Shown here: positions 57,250 to 64,000 of the stretch, in pieces | Position numbering within the stretch: the first letter of the stretch is position 1 | Layout: each line of letters starts with the position of its first letter | Source: Candidatus Thalassarchaeum betae | GTDB taxonomy: Archaea > Thermoplasmatota > Poseidoniia > Poseidoniales > Thalassarchaeaceae | Direction: 5' to 3' | Length of the DNA stretch: 64,000 bases | Assembly: GCA_022447095.1 (NCBI GenBank) | Contig: JAKUUP010000004.1 | Span: 5,499-69,498, forward strand | The notes under the pieces: generated by a model | The model's input: the letters and a program-made list of their open reading frames with translations, nothing else | Told to the model about the DNA's origin: nothing | Databases searched by the model: none | Program-made: the position numbers and the translations under genes

Positions 57250-58194
57250 TCAGTCCGCTTCCGCACTGCTCACTGAGCCGTACAGCGTCACTGCTATGAT
57301 AGCGGCCAGTACAAGGAAGATGCCGATGACTTGGTTCTGCGAATGGCCCTCCTGATGCAATATGACATAACCCCAAACAAGCGTCAGTATGGGCTGCAGC
57401 AGGACGGCGAAGGAAGTGTGTGCTGCTGGTAGGCGCGGTAGAGCGTGGGCAATGGCCAGCCAGCCAGCTACCTGACAGAGCAGTGCGAGAACGATGAGCC
57501 AACCGTGGCCTGGCCAAGTTGGCTGTAATTCCAGTGGTTCTATGGCTATGCTGCTTAGAGGCAGCAAGCCGAGAACAAGTAGTCCTAGAGCGGCGCCAGC
57601 CGTAGCGTCCAATTGCACTGAAAATGATGGTGCTAGTTCCCTGTTTGAGTATCGGAACAGGATTAGGAATGAGGAGTAGAAGAACGCGGCCATCATACCG
57701 AATACGACCCCTTTGACGGGGTCTTCGCCGTATGGCTCTGGATCGGCGATGCCCGAAATCAGCGCCAATCCGATGATGACCACAGGTAGAGACAGCAGAA
57801 TGGCTGGGTTCGGCTTCTCTCCAAACAACTTCCAAGATGCCAGAGTCACTATGATAACCTGTGAGTTGCCGATTAGCGTGGCGATGCCGATGCCGATGAA
57901 AATCATCGAACTATGATAGGACAGCATATCGGGAGCGAGTATCAGTCCGGCGCCGAAGGCTGTCCATCGTGTACGCGAGGAGCGAGTGTCGGCCTTGCGG
58001 ACGAGAAAAGCTAGCAATGCAAGTGCTGGGAGCGCGTACAACATCCGGAAGAACGCACCAGTAGAGGGATTGGTGTCCGAGTAGACGTAGAACACGGGGG
58101 AGAACGAGATAGCCACTGCTCCGGCTAGGGCAACCAGCATCGTTCGACGGTCCAAATCGACCGTCATAGCGGACCCTCTACTCGGAGTCGCCAT
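57250..58194 (-). CDS. EamA/DMT-superfamily transporter (10 TM)
   Basis: Two internal EamA repeats of hydrophobic helices, about 300 aa. Confidence 0.65.
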   Translation of the reverse strand: MATPSRGSAMTVDLDRRTMLVALAGAVAISFSPVFYVYSDTNPSTGAFFRMLYALPALALLAFLVRKADTRSSRTRWTAFGAGLILAPDMLSYHSSMIFIGIGIATLIGNSQVIIVTLASWKLFGEKPNPAILLSLPVVIIGLALISGIADPEPYGEDPVKGVVFGMMAAFFYSSFLILFRYSNRELAPSFSVQLDATAGAALGLLVLGLLPLSSIAIEPLELQPTWPGHGWLIVLALLCQVAGWLAIAHALPRLPAAHTSFAVLLQPILTLVWGYVILHQEGHSQNQVIGIFLVLAAIIAVTLYGSVSSAEAD

Positions 58195-58507
58195 CAGCGA
58201 TCATCTGCTGGAGTTCTCCACTCTCATACATCTCGAGAGCTATGTCGGAGCCGCCAATCAGCTCGCCGTGGACGAATACCTGAGGCATCGTCGGGAAGTC
58301 AGACCAAGTACAGACCGAGGGAATAGCTCGGTGATCGGAGAGTATGTTGACGCTGACGAATGGTTGTCCGAGTTGCTGCAGTACCGATGCTGCACGGTTT
58401 GAGAATCCACACTGCGGCTCTTCCGGCGTTCCTTTCATGAAGAGGACCAGCCTGTTGTTGTCGACTATCTCTTGCAATTCCTCTGGTGTCCAGTTGAATT
58501 CTGCCAT
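58178..58507 (-). CDS. grxD: Monothiol glutaredoxin, Grx4 family (CGFS active site)
   Basis: VLFMKGTPEEPQCGFSNRAASVLQ...VFVHGELIGGSDI. The ORF frame opens at 58567; the start is taken at the internal Met 20 codons downstream (58507). Confidence 0.75.
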   Translation of the reverse strand: MAEFNWTPEELQEIVDNNRLVLFMKGTPEEPQCGFSNRAASVLQQLGQPFVSVNILSDHRAIPSVCTWSDFPTMPQVFVHGELIGGSDIALEMYESGELQQMIADGDSE

Positions 58508-58511
58508 ATCA

Positions 58512-58835
58512 TCACTCCTTGTCCGGCCTACGGATGTGCACCCCAAAGAACTCCACTTCTTCACCATGCGGGTCGAATGCGGTGTCCTCGCTCTCTCCCG
58601 CTTGCTCGGGCGTCATGCACTTCAGGTCCAGTGCATGCACGATGTTCTGCGCGATGTGGGGTTTGAAGTGGTTCAGTATCGGCCGCTGTCGCTGTAGGGG
58701 CCGCATCCCCTCGTAGGAGGAAGAGATGACCCTGACATGGAAGTGGTCGCCGCTGCCGTGAAGGTCGGAAGCCTCCACTTCTGCTTCGGGTACGACCTTG
58801 AGTATCTCTTCGACCATCCACTGCTCTGTGACCAT
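58512..58835 (-). CDS. bolA: BolA-family protein
   Basis: GSGDHFHVRVISSSYEGMRPLQRQRPILNHF...IVHALDLKCMTPEQ is the BolA signature. Immediately upstream of grxD (4-nt spacer). Confidence 0.7.
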   Translation of the reverse strand: MVTEQWMVEEILKVVPEAEVEASDLHGSGDHFHVRVISSSYEGMRPLQRQRPILNHFKPHIAQNIVHALDLKCMTPEQAGESEDTAFDPHGEEVEFFGVHIRRPDKE

Positions 58836-58880
58836 CGAGTATGCATTCGGGCCGGGTGTTTTGAATGCTCGTCGGGAAGT

Positions 58881-59591
58881 CTACTTCCCTAGAGCAGCGT
58901 TAATCGCGCCGAGGTTCTCGGCGATGGTGGCTCTTTCGTTGATTAGCCCTGAGCCCACGACAGCGATGTCGATGCCCCATTCTGCCACCATCGCGGCGTT
59001 GTGATCCTTGATGCCGCCGTCGATCATTAGTTTGGTTGCGCGGCCGCCAGCTGCGACCTGCGCATCGATGGCAGACCGGAACGCACGGACCTTGGCCTCT
59101 ACCTCGGGCATGAACGACTGTCCTCCTTTGCCCGGGACAACAGACATCACAAGCACGAGGTCGAGTTCGGAAAGAAGGCTCATCACGAAGTCGACAGGCG
59201 TGGCTGGGTTGAGTACGCAGCCGGCTTGAACGTTGGCGCCGTGAAGTGCTTCGATTAGTGAGGGGAAGTCGTCGACTGCCTCGATGTGGGCAATGACCAT
59301 GTCGGCGCCGGCGTCGGCGTACTGCTCCCAGGTCTCCTCAGCGTTTGTGATCATCAGATGGCAGTCAATGGTGACCTCAGGGCCAAGTCGTTCGCGTACA
59401 GAGCGTATCAGAGCAGGGCCGAACGTGATTGTCCGATTGACGACCCAGTTGCCGTCCATGACGTCCATGTGAATCCAGTCTATGCCCGCGGCGACCGCTT
59501 CCTCCAGCGTCTCGCCGAGCCTCGAAAAGTCGGCTGTGAGGATGCTTGGCGTGACTTCCACGAACCGTCGGGGGTGGCTTTCGGTTCTCAA
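58881..59591 (-). CDS. rpe: Ribulose-phosphate 3-epimerase
   Basis: PSILTADFSRLGE..IDWIHMDVMDGNWVVNRTITFGP...HLM...VMSVVPGKGGQSF...IDGGI are Rpe blocks. Confidence 0.8.
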   Translation of the reverse strand: MRTESHPRRFVEVTPSILTADFSRLGETLEEAVAAGIDWIHMDVMDGNWVVNRTITFGPALIRSVRERLGPEVTIDCHLMITNAEETWEQYADAGADMVIAHIEAVDDFPSLIEALHGANVQAGCVLNPATPVDFVMSLLSELDLVLVMSVVPGKGGQSFMPEVEAKVRAFRSAIDAQVAAGGRATKLMIDGGIKDHNAAMVAEWGIDIAVVGSGLINERATIAENLGAINAALGK

Positions 59592-59628
59592 TCCCTCGGG
59601 CGGGGATTGTGTGTCTGCTCAAGACACA
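59590..59628. promoter_or_regulatory. Two adjacent palindromes (AATCCC-tcgggcg-GGGATT and TGTGTCT-gctca-AGACACA) in the rpe/trxA divergent region
   Basis: Perfect inverted repeats that overlap the rpe start codon region, 45-80 nt upstream of trxA. Confidence 0.35.
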
Positions 59629-59672
59629 AATTGATAGGATGTGGATGCGGCGAGGGAGACACTGGTGGGTTG

Positions 59673-59990
59673 ATGGGCAAAGTAGTGACAGCGAATGATG
59701 CCGATTTTGATGTGGTGACGAGCAGTGACGAATGGGTTCTGGTAGACTTCTGGGCACCTTGGTGTGGCCCGTGCAAGATGATTGCGCCGGTGCTTGAGCA
59801 GATTGCCGGTGAGCGCGAACTGACTATCGCCAAAGTCAACACCGATGTGAATCAACTCTCACCTGGGAAGTACGGTGTCAGGGGGATACCGAACCTCATA
59901 TTGTTCCATAACGGCGAGGTCGTAGATCAGATGACTGGGGCCATGCCGAAACCTGGCATGGACGACTGGCTCGATCGACACATGGCCTAG
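59673..59990 (+). CDS. trxA: Thioredoxin
   Basis: LVDFWAPWCGPCKMIAP (WCGPC active site). 105 aa. The internal ATG after a GGTGGG SD-like sequence is used; the ORF frame continues upstream. Confidence 0.85.
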   Translation: MGKVVTANDADFDVVTSSDEWVLVDFWAPWCGPCKMIAPVLEQIAGERELTIAKVNTDVNQLSPGKYGVRGIPNLILFHNGEVVDQMTGAMPKPGMDDWLDRHMA

Positions 59991-61531
59991 TCGGCTGCCT
60001 CGCGCAGCCTCCGGGCTCTCTCGTCGTGCGGCTCTCCGACCTCCCTCAACAGTCGGGCGCGTAGAGCCTCGTGCAGCCACATGCCATCCGCGAGTTCTAG
60101 CATCAGGCCGCGCTCGAGCAGGTCCGCGGGGGGCGGTCCGTCGGTTTTCGCAGCGGCCGCCAAGACGGGCCACGGCACGGGACGCTCCGCCACTGCGAGC
60201 AGTGCGAGCATCTCCCGGCGGTCCTCTGGCAGCACATCGAGGATCTCCTCGTCGAGGAAGCGTAGCCAGTCCTCGTGCAGGGTTTGACCGTACAGTTCCA
60301 GCAGCTCGACGGCCAGTGGGTGCCCACCGGTGGCGCGGTGTATCTCCTCTGCTGGCGCTTCACTCGGCAGATCTAGCGAGTCAATCCACGCTGATACTTC
60401 CTCAAGAGATAGGCCTGAGAGGGGGAGTTCGGCCACGCGCCCACGTGTGTGCACATCACGCCTATCATAGAAAGCGAGGTTGGTCCTAGAGACCAGTAGC
60501 AGTCGCATCGGAGAAGCCTCTGCGACCTGTAGCATCGCTCCGAACAGATGCGCGCCGTCGGAGCCGATGTTATGAACATCGTCGAGTATCACCAGAATCT
60601 CTTCTGAGACCCCAGCGCAGCGTCCCTCCTCATCGAGCAGATGAGCTATCAGTCGCCGGCGATATAGATCCAAGTCGAGGCGGGCGCCGGGCTTGAGCGG
60701 GAGCGACTCGAGGATGCTGTAAGGGTCCTCTGAATCGTCGTCGGGACCTATGCCTAGCCTGTGCAGCAGGCTCGTGGCGATTCCCAGTGGAGAGTCCCAA
60801 GGCTGGCACGGGTAGTACATCACCGCAAGTTCAGGCTTGTCGGCCAACAAACCGTCAAGCCAGTAAGAGGCCAGTGTGGTCTTGCCGCAGCCGGCAATAC
60901 CGGAAAGCACGAGCATTGGCGTGTCCGAGGCGTGCCAGTCATCCAGCACCTGCTTCTCCGCTGATCTGCCGTGCACCGTGCGGGTCTCGGGCGGGCGCGT
61001 GTGATAGGTAGAGTGTGCACCCGTCAGCATCGAAAGTGAGCCTGGGGCGGATGTGTTGTCGGGTTTGACGATGGCCCCAAAGCGAATGTCGCCGAAGTTC
61101 AGCACGCCCTCATGTTGGGAGTGCATCAGGACCTGTAGTAGCGTCAGCCCGGTCTGCAACCGCGCTGCAGCCTCGTCGGCTCGAACTTCAAGCAACTTGC
61201 CATCTCTGCTGCGTAGGAGAATCTGGGTCGAGCGTAAATCCGCGATCCGCTCACGTGCCTCTGTGCGTCCCTCCTCTGTAAGCTGCCATGTCTTCTGACG
61301 GCGCTCGTCCCCACGTACAGTGCGGGTATGCTCAGTGACCCAACCATTGAGCATCAACTCGCGCATCGAACGGGATACGTTTGGTGGATGCAGGGCGCAT
61401 ATCTCGGCTATACCGGGCCGGGTCATCTCTTGGGTGACGAGATAGTGGTCCGCTTGGTGGTCCTGCTCCCACAGATGGAGCATGATGCGGTCCGCTACTG
61501 GGACGTTGACGCGGGCGTCGCTACGTGCCAT
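59987..61531 (-). CDS. N-terminal winged-HTH fused to a P-loop (STAND/AAA-like) NTPase with a helical C-terminal domain
   Basis: N-terminal MarR/PadR-like wHTH (..PNVSRSMRELMLNGWVTEHTR..). Walker A VLSGIAGCGKTTLA. Walker B ILVILDDVHN. The C-terminus is Leu/Ala-rich and helical. The stop codon overlaps the trxA stop. Confidence 0.5.
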   Translation of the reverse strand: MARSDARVNVPVADRIMLHLWEQDHQADHYLVTQEMTRPGIAEICALHPPNVSRSMRELMLNGWVTEHTRTVRGDERRQKTWQLTEEGRTEARERIADLRSTQILLRSRDGKLLEVRADEAAARLQTGLTLLQVLMHSQHEGVLNFGDIRFGAIVKPDNTSAPGSLSMLTGAHSTYHTRPPETRTVHGRSAEKQVLDDWHASDTPMLVLSGIAGCGKTTLASYWLDGLLADKPELAVMYYPCQPWDSPLGIATSLLHRLGIGPDDDSEDPYSILESLPLKPGARLDLDLYRRRLIAHLLDEEGRCAGVSEEILVILDDVHNIGSDGAHLFGAMLQVAEASPMRLLLVSRTNLAFYDRRDVHTRGRVAELPLSGLSLEEVSAWIDSLDLPSEAPAEEIHRATGGHPLAVELLELYGQTLHEDWLRFLDEEILDVLPEDRREMLALLAVAERPVPWPVLAAAAKTDGPPPADLLERGLMLELADGMWLHEALRARLLREVGEPHDERARRLREAAD

Positions 61532-61589
61532 GGGTTCGTCGGAGCCTCCTTTTGCGCATCAAGCGTTCGGGGCTCTGAGCAGTGCATTC

Positions 61590-63464
61590 TTACTCTTCGA
61601 TGGAGCACTGAGGATATGCTTCTTGCATCGGCGGTAGGAAGAGGTCCGCGCAGTCACGGACGACTGTGGACAGGCTCAAGATGCTCGAAGGACCGAGGCT
61701 GAGGGTCACAGGCATCATCGATACGGGACTGGGGACATAGTCCTCACCCGTCTGGGTGATTATCAGATGGATTCCATCCCCCTGGGGGATGATTACGTCC
61801 ATTCCAAAGAACTCCATCTTCGCAATCACCGTCTCCCCAGGAGTCATGACCTCACCATCGCCGCCTCCGGCATGGAACCTCAGGTCCATGACGGCATGTC
61901 CTAGATGCATGCCACTGCTTGCTTGGACCATCTCCACGAAGAGATGGCCGCTGGTTGCGAAAAGAGATATCGTCGCCTCCACGTGGAAGGTCGGGTTTCC
62001 AACTATTCTGGTCTCGTTATCAAACTCTGGACACTCGATCACCAAGTTTGAGGTGGGGGTAATCGTATTGCCTCCGCCTATCACAGAACAGGCGTCCATG
62101 TCGAGATTGAGCCATTCTTGGTCTGCGGGGGGATAACTGGGTTCGACTCTCCATCCCCCTATGTTGTCTTGGACCTCGGCAACCAGTCTCGGCTGAGGTC
62201 CCTTGTCCTTGAGATAGAAATTGAACCACTCTAGCATATCATCGGCCCAGTCCCAACGCAGGGTGTAGGGAAATGCCTCAGCGCCCCGGCCGCTACTCAG
62301 GCCCTCATGACCGGTCCTGCGATCAGGGTAGTCGTGACCCCACTGCCCGTAGAGCCCCTTGACCTCAAAGTCGGCTTCCAAGAGGGTGTTATGCACAGGG
62401 AAAGCCATGTGAGGGTCGACGTTCCAATCCTGTAGACCGTGGATGATGTATACCGAGCCGTTGTAGTTCTGCAGAGCCCTAGTCAGGAAGTGGCGCTCCA
62501 CCCAGTAGTCGCTGCCAGTCCAAGCGAGATTGTCTCCGGTCAGATAGGCCCCGACTCCTGCATAGTATCCCTCGAAGTATCCCTCGCAGGCGTTCTGGGC
62601 GTCCTCCAGATCGCCGTCCAGCCCGAAGCTGCCGTAGACGCCATTGTGCATGATGGCGCCGCGCGCCTCCATACTGCCGTTACGCCACATCAAGTCATGG
62701 ACGCCAATGAGCCCGGACATCGGCACGATGGTCTTCAGGTGATCCGAGCCCATTGCAGCCGCTTCCCACGGTGTGGAGCCGTCGTACGATTTTCCGATCG
62801 CACCGACATTGCCGTTCGAGAACGGTGCCTCTCCTAGGTACTCCACAGCAGCGTGAATCCCCTCTTGCTCGTCGAGTCCCATGAGATCCATGCAGTGATT
62901 CGACTCTCCGGTGCCGAACACCGACACCTGAGCAACGCCGAAGCCGTGCGGCACGAAGTTCTCGATCAGGAACCGGCCAAGTCTGTCCGCTGGGGTCAGG
63001 GCGTCAACGTCCCCGTCGCCATAGTACGGCCCGATCTCGGCGATAACAGGGACCTGACACTCCTCAGGCACCTCTGCCGCGTCCATGTCGCACCCCTCAA
63101 TCACAGGAAGCCACAGACCCATGTGGACTTCAGCGCCACCGGTGACCCCAGCACCGCCATCACTTGCGGCTATCGCGGGGACGGGGACGTATATCGATCG
63201 GACTGCGTCGATACCGAACGAGCCGTTCCACGAGACTCGGCTGAACACATCGTCGTCCTGATAGAGCTTGTTCGAGCGGTCCTCGACATCTGGGAGCCAG
63301 TGCTCGTACTCAGGCACTTCTTCTGAGCCATTCTCGAAGCTGAAAAGGCCTGAGAGACCAGCGGATACCAGGATGGTAACTACAACTACTGTGAAGGCAG
63401 CAGCGGTGAGGGGTTTGACAGGGGATCCAATCTTGATTTCGGCAGTGAATTCGCCTTCACTCAT
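61590..63464 (-). CDS. Membrane-anchored S15-family (X-Pro dipeptidyl-peptidase / CocE-NonD) serine hydrolase
   Basis: N-terminal TM anchor. GxSYxG nucleophile elbow GKSYDGSTPW. The C-terminal beta-sandwich domain is conserved. Confidence 0.55.
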   Translation of the reverse strand: MSEGEFTAEIKIGSPVKPLTAAAFTVVVVTILVSAGLSGLFSFENGSEEVPEYEHWLPDVEDRSNKLYQDDDVFSRVSWNGSFGIDAVRSIYVPVPAIAASDGGAGVTGGAEVHMGLWLPVIEGCDMDAAEVPEECQVPVIAEIGPYYGDGDVDALTPADRLGRFLIENFVPHGFGVAQVSVFGTGESNHCMDLMGLDEQEGIHAAVEYLGEAPFSNGNVGAIGKSYDGSTPWEAAAMGSDHLKTIVPMSGLIGVHDLMWRNGSMEARGAIMHNGVYGSFGLDGDLEDAQNACEGYFEGYYAGVGAYLTGDNLAWTGSDYWVERHFLTRALQNYNGSVYIIHGLQDWNVDPHMAFPVHNTLLEADFEVKGLYGQWGHDYPDRRTGHEGLSSGRGAEAFPYTLRWDWADDMLEWFNFYLKDKGPQPRLVAEVQDNIGGWRVEPSYPPADQEWLNLDMDACSVIGGGNTITPTSNLVIECPEFDNETRIVGNPTFHVEATISLFATSGHLFVEMVQASSGMHLGHAVMDLRFHAGGGDGEVMTPGETVIAKMEFFGMDVIIPQGDGIHLIITQTGEDYVPSPVSMMPVTLSLGPSSILSLSTVVRDCADLFLPPMQEAYPQCSIEE

Positions 63465-63484
63465 CGATAGCAGCCTCCTGACTG

Positions 63485-63515
63485 TTGAATTAGGGGTATC
63501 TCTTGACTAATTCAA
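63485..63515. promoter_or_regulatory. 9-bp perfect inverted repeat TTGAATTAG-N13-CTAATTCAA in the divergent region upstream of the VIT1-family gene
   Basis: AT-rich palindrome in a GC-rich genome, 70 nt upstream of the putative transporter start. Confidence 0.4.
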
Positions 63516-63585
63516 GGAATCTAATTCTCGTTGGGCTCAGGTAGTGTTTGGTCAGATTCAAGAGATTGGGGCCACAGGGTCTGGT

Positions 63586-64000
63586 GTGGACGATAGTACG
63601 CGAGCGAAACTGCTCAGCCTGCAACGCATGGAGGCTACCGAGGCAGAGGTATACCGAAGGCTTGCCAAGATGCAGCCTGACCCTGTAAATCAGTCCATCC
63701 TCAATGGGATAGCACTTGAAGAGGAGAGGCATGAGGCAGTTATCGCCAAGATGACTGGGGAGCAGGTCAAGGCTGACGCAAGCAAGGTACGACGGCAGGT
63801 CATACTGGCGAAGTTGTTCGGATTCACCTTCTCTGTCAAGATGATGGAGGCGACCGAGCAGGATGCTGCTGCCGAGTACCGCGAGCTGGGCCTCTACGAG
63901 ATCGCAGAGGAAGAGGAGGCTCACGAGCAGAACATGATCGGTATGCTGGATGAGGAGCGTCTGCGCTACTCGGGAAGCGTGGTGCTGGGGATGTCCGATG
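63586..64000 (+). CDS. VIT1/CCC1-family Fe/Mn transporter, N-terminal ferritin-like (rubrerythrin-like) domain; 3' end lies outside the window
   Basis: LSLQRMEATEAEVYRRLA...IALEEERHEAVIAKM...AEYRELGLYEIAEEEEAHEQNMIGMLDEE carries ExxH di-iron-like motifs typical of the cytoplasmic N-domain of archaeal and bacterial VIT1 homologues. Reading continues to the window edge. The start is GTG 63586 or ATG 63628. Confidence 0.5.
   Translation, partial: MDDSTRAKLLSLQRMEATEAEVYRRLAKMQPDPVNQSILNGIALEEERHEAVIAKMTGEQVKADASKVRRQVILAKLFGFTFSVKMMEATEQDAAAEYRELGLYEIAEEEEAHEQNMIGMLDEERLRYSGSVVLGMSD

Noticed and set aside
59286-59672. Upstream in-frame extension of the trxA ORF (234-aa version)
   Set aside because: Thioredoxins are about 105 aa. 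The internal ATG at 59673 has a GGTGGG SD-like sequence, and the extension overlaps rpe antisense.
63490-63924. 144-aa minus-strand ORF
   Set aside because: Antisense to the VIT1-family ferritin-like domain, which has clear motifs on the plus strand.
1-64000. CRISPR arrays, rRNA genes, IS transposases
   Set aside because: I looked for short direct repeats with regular spacing, rRNA-like conserved stretches and DDE or HTH transposase ORFs. None is present. The only tandem repeat is the coding (GQ)n microsatellite.

Overview
This 64-kb window is a high-GC (about 58-60% by eye), gene-dense chromosomal region with almost no non-coding DNA. I read it as archaeal, and assign it to a Euryarchaeota/Thermoplasmatota-like (possibly marine group II) lineage by inference only. 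Archaeal markers: Sec61-beta; FEN-1; an uS13-uS4-uS11-RpoD(Rpo3) cluster whose RpoD has Fe-S cysteines; archaeal-type LeuRS; Trm-G10; type-2 MetAP; a small Toprim protein. Bacterial-flavoured metabolic genes sit alongside these: MaeB malic enzyme, bifunctional RibD, a Grx4/BolA pair and a DAGK-family lipid kinase.

Content, left to right:
- The window opens inside a tyrosine recombinase gene.
- Sec61-beta, an NSUN RNA m5C methyltransferase, an Lrp regulator and a Toprim protein.
- An aa3-type haem-copper oxidase operon, coxB-coxA-coxC-coxD. CoxA carries an unusual ~190-aa secreted N-terminal domain joined by a poly-Pro linker.
- tRNA-Ser(UGA), a lipid kinase, ribD, tRNA-Arg(UCG), Trm-G10 and FEN-1.
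- A secreted, hyper-acidic Ca-binding protein with thrombospondin-type-3-like repeats and a central (GQ)n microsatellite.
- A hairpin-rich 300-bp intergenic island.
- An 8.56-kb gene for a 2853-aa type-I surface protein (beta-propellers, FN3-like domains, TM, acidic tail).
- maeB; an operon of DDAH-like enzyme plus an HNH/CCHC-zinc-knuckle protein; a pckA gene interrupted by a single in-frame TAG.
- A 1257-aa polytopic membrane protein, an FKBP-like PPIase and a methyltransferase.
- The ribosomal/RNAP cluster, a GHMP kinase, a TPD(CDIN1-like) PD-(D/E)xK nuclease, a DCC thiol oxidoreductase, leuS, an MBL hydrolase and korAB.
- A GNAT, a zinc-ribbon/Rho_N-like acidic protein divergent from a Upf1-like helicase, RDD, TsaC/YrdC, map, a SAP-domain membrane protein, an EamA transporter, Grx4-BolA, rpe, trxA, a wHTH-STAND ATPase, an S15 peptidase, and a partial VIT1-family gene at the right edge.

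I found no CRISPR array, no rRNA and no transposase. Several palindromic operator-like sites and intrinsic-terminator-like hairpins are called. No single obvious defence island stands out. The most unusual items are the giant propeller surface protein, the CoxA fusion, the amber-interrupted pckA, the hairpin island and the HNH-zinc-knuckle/DDAH pair.
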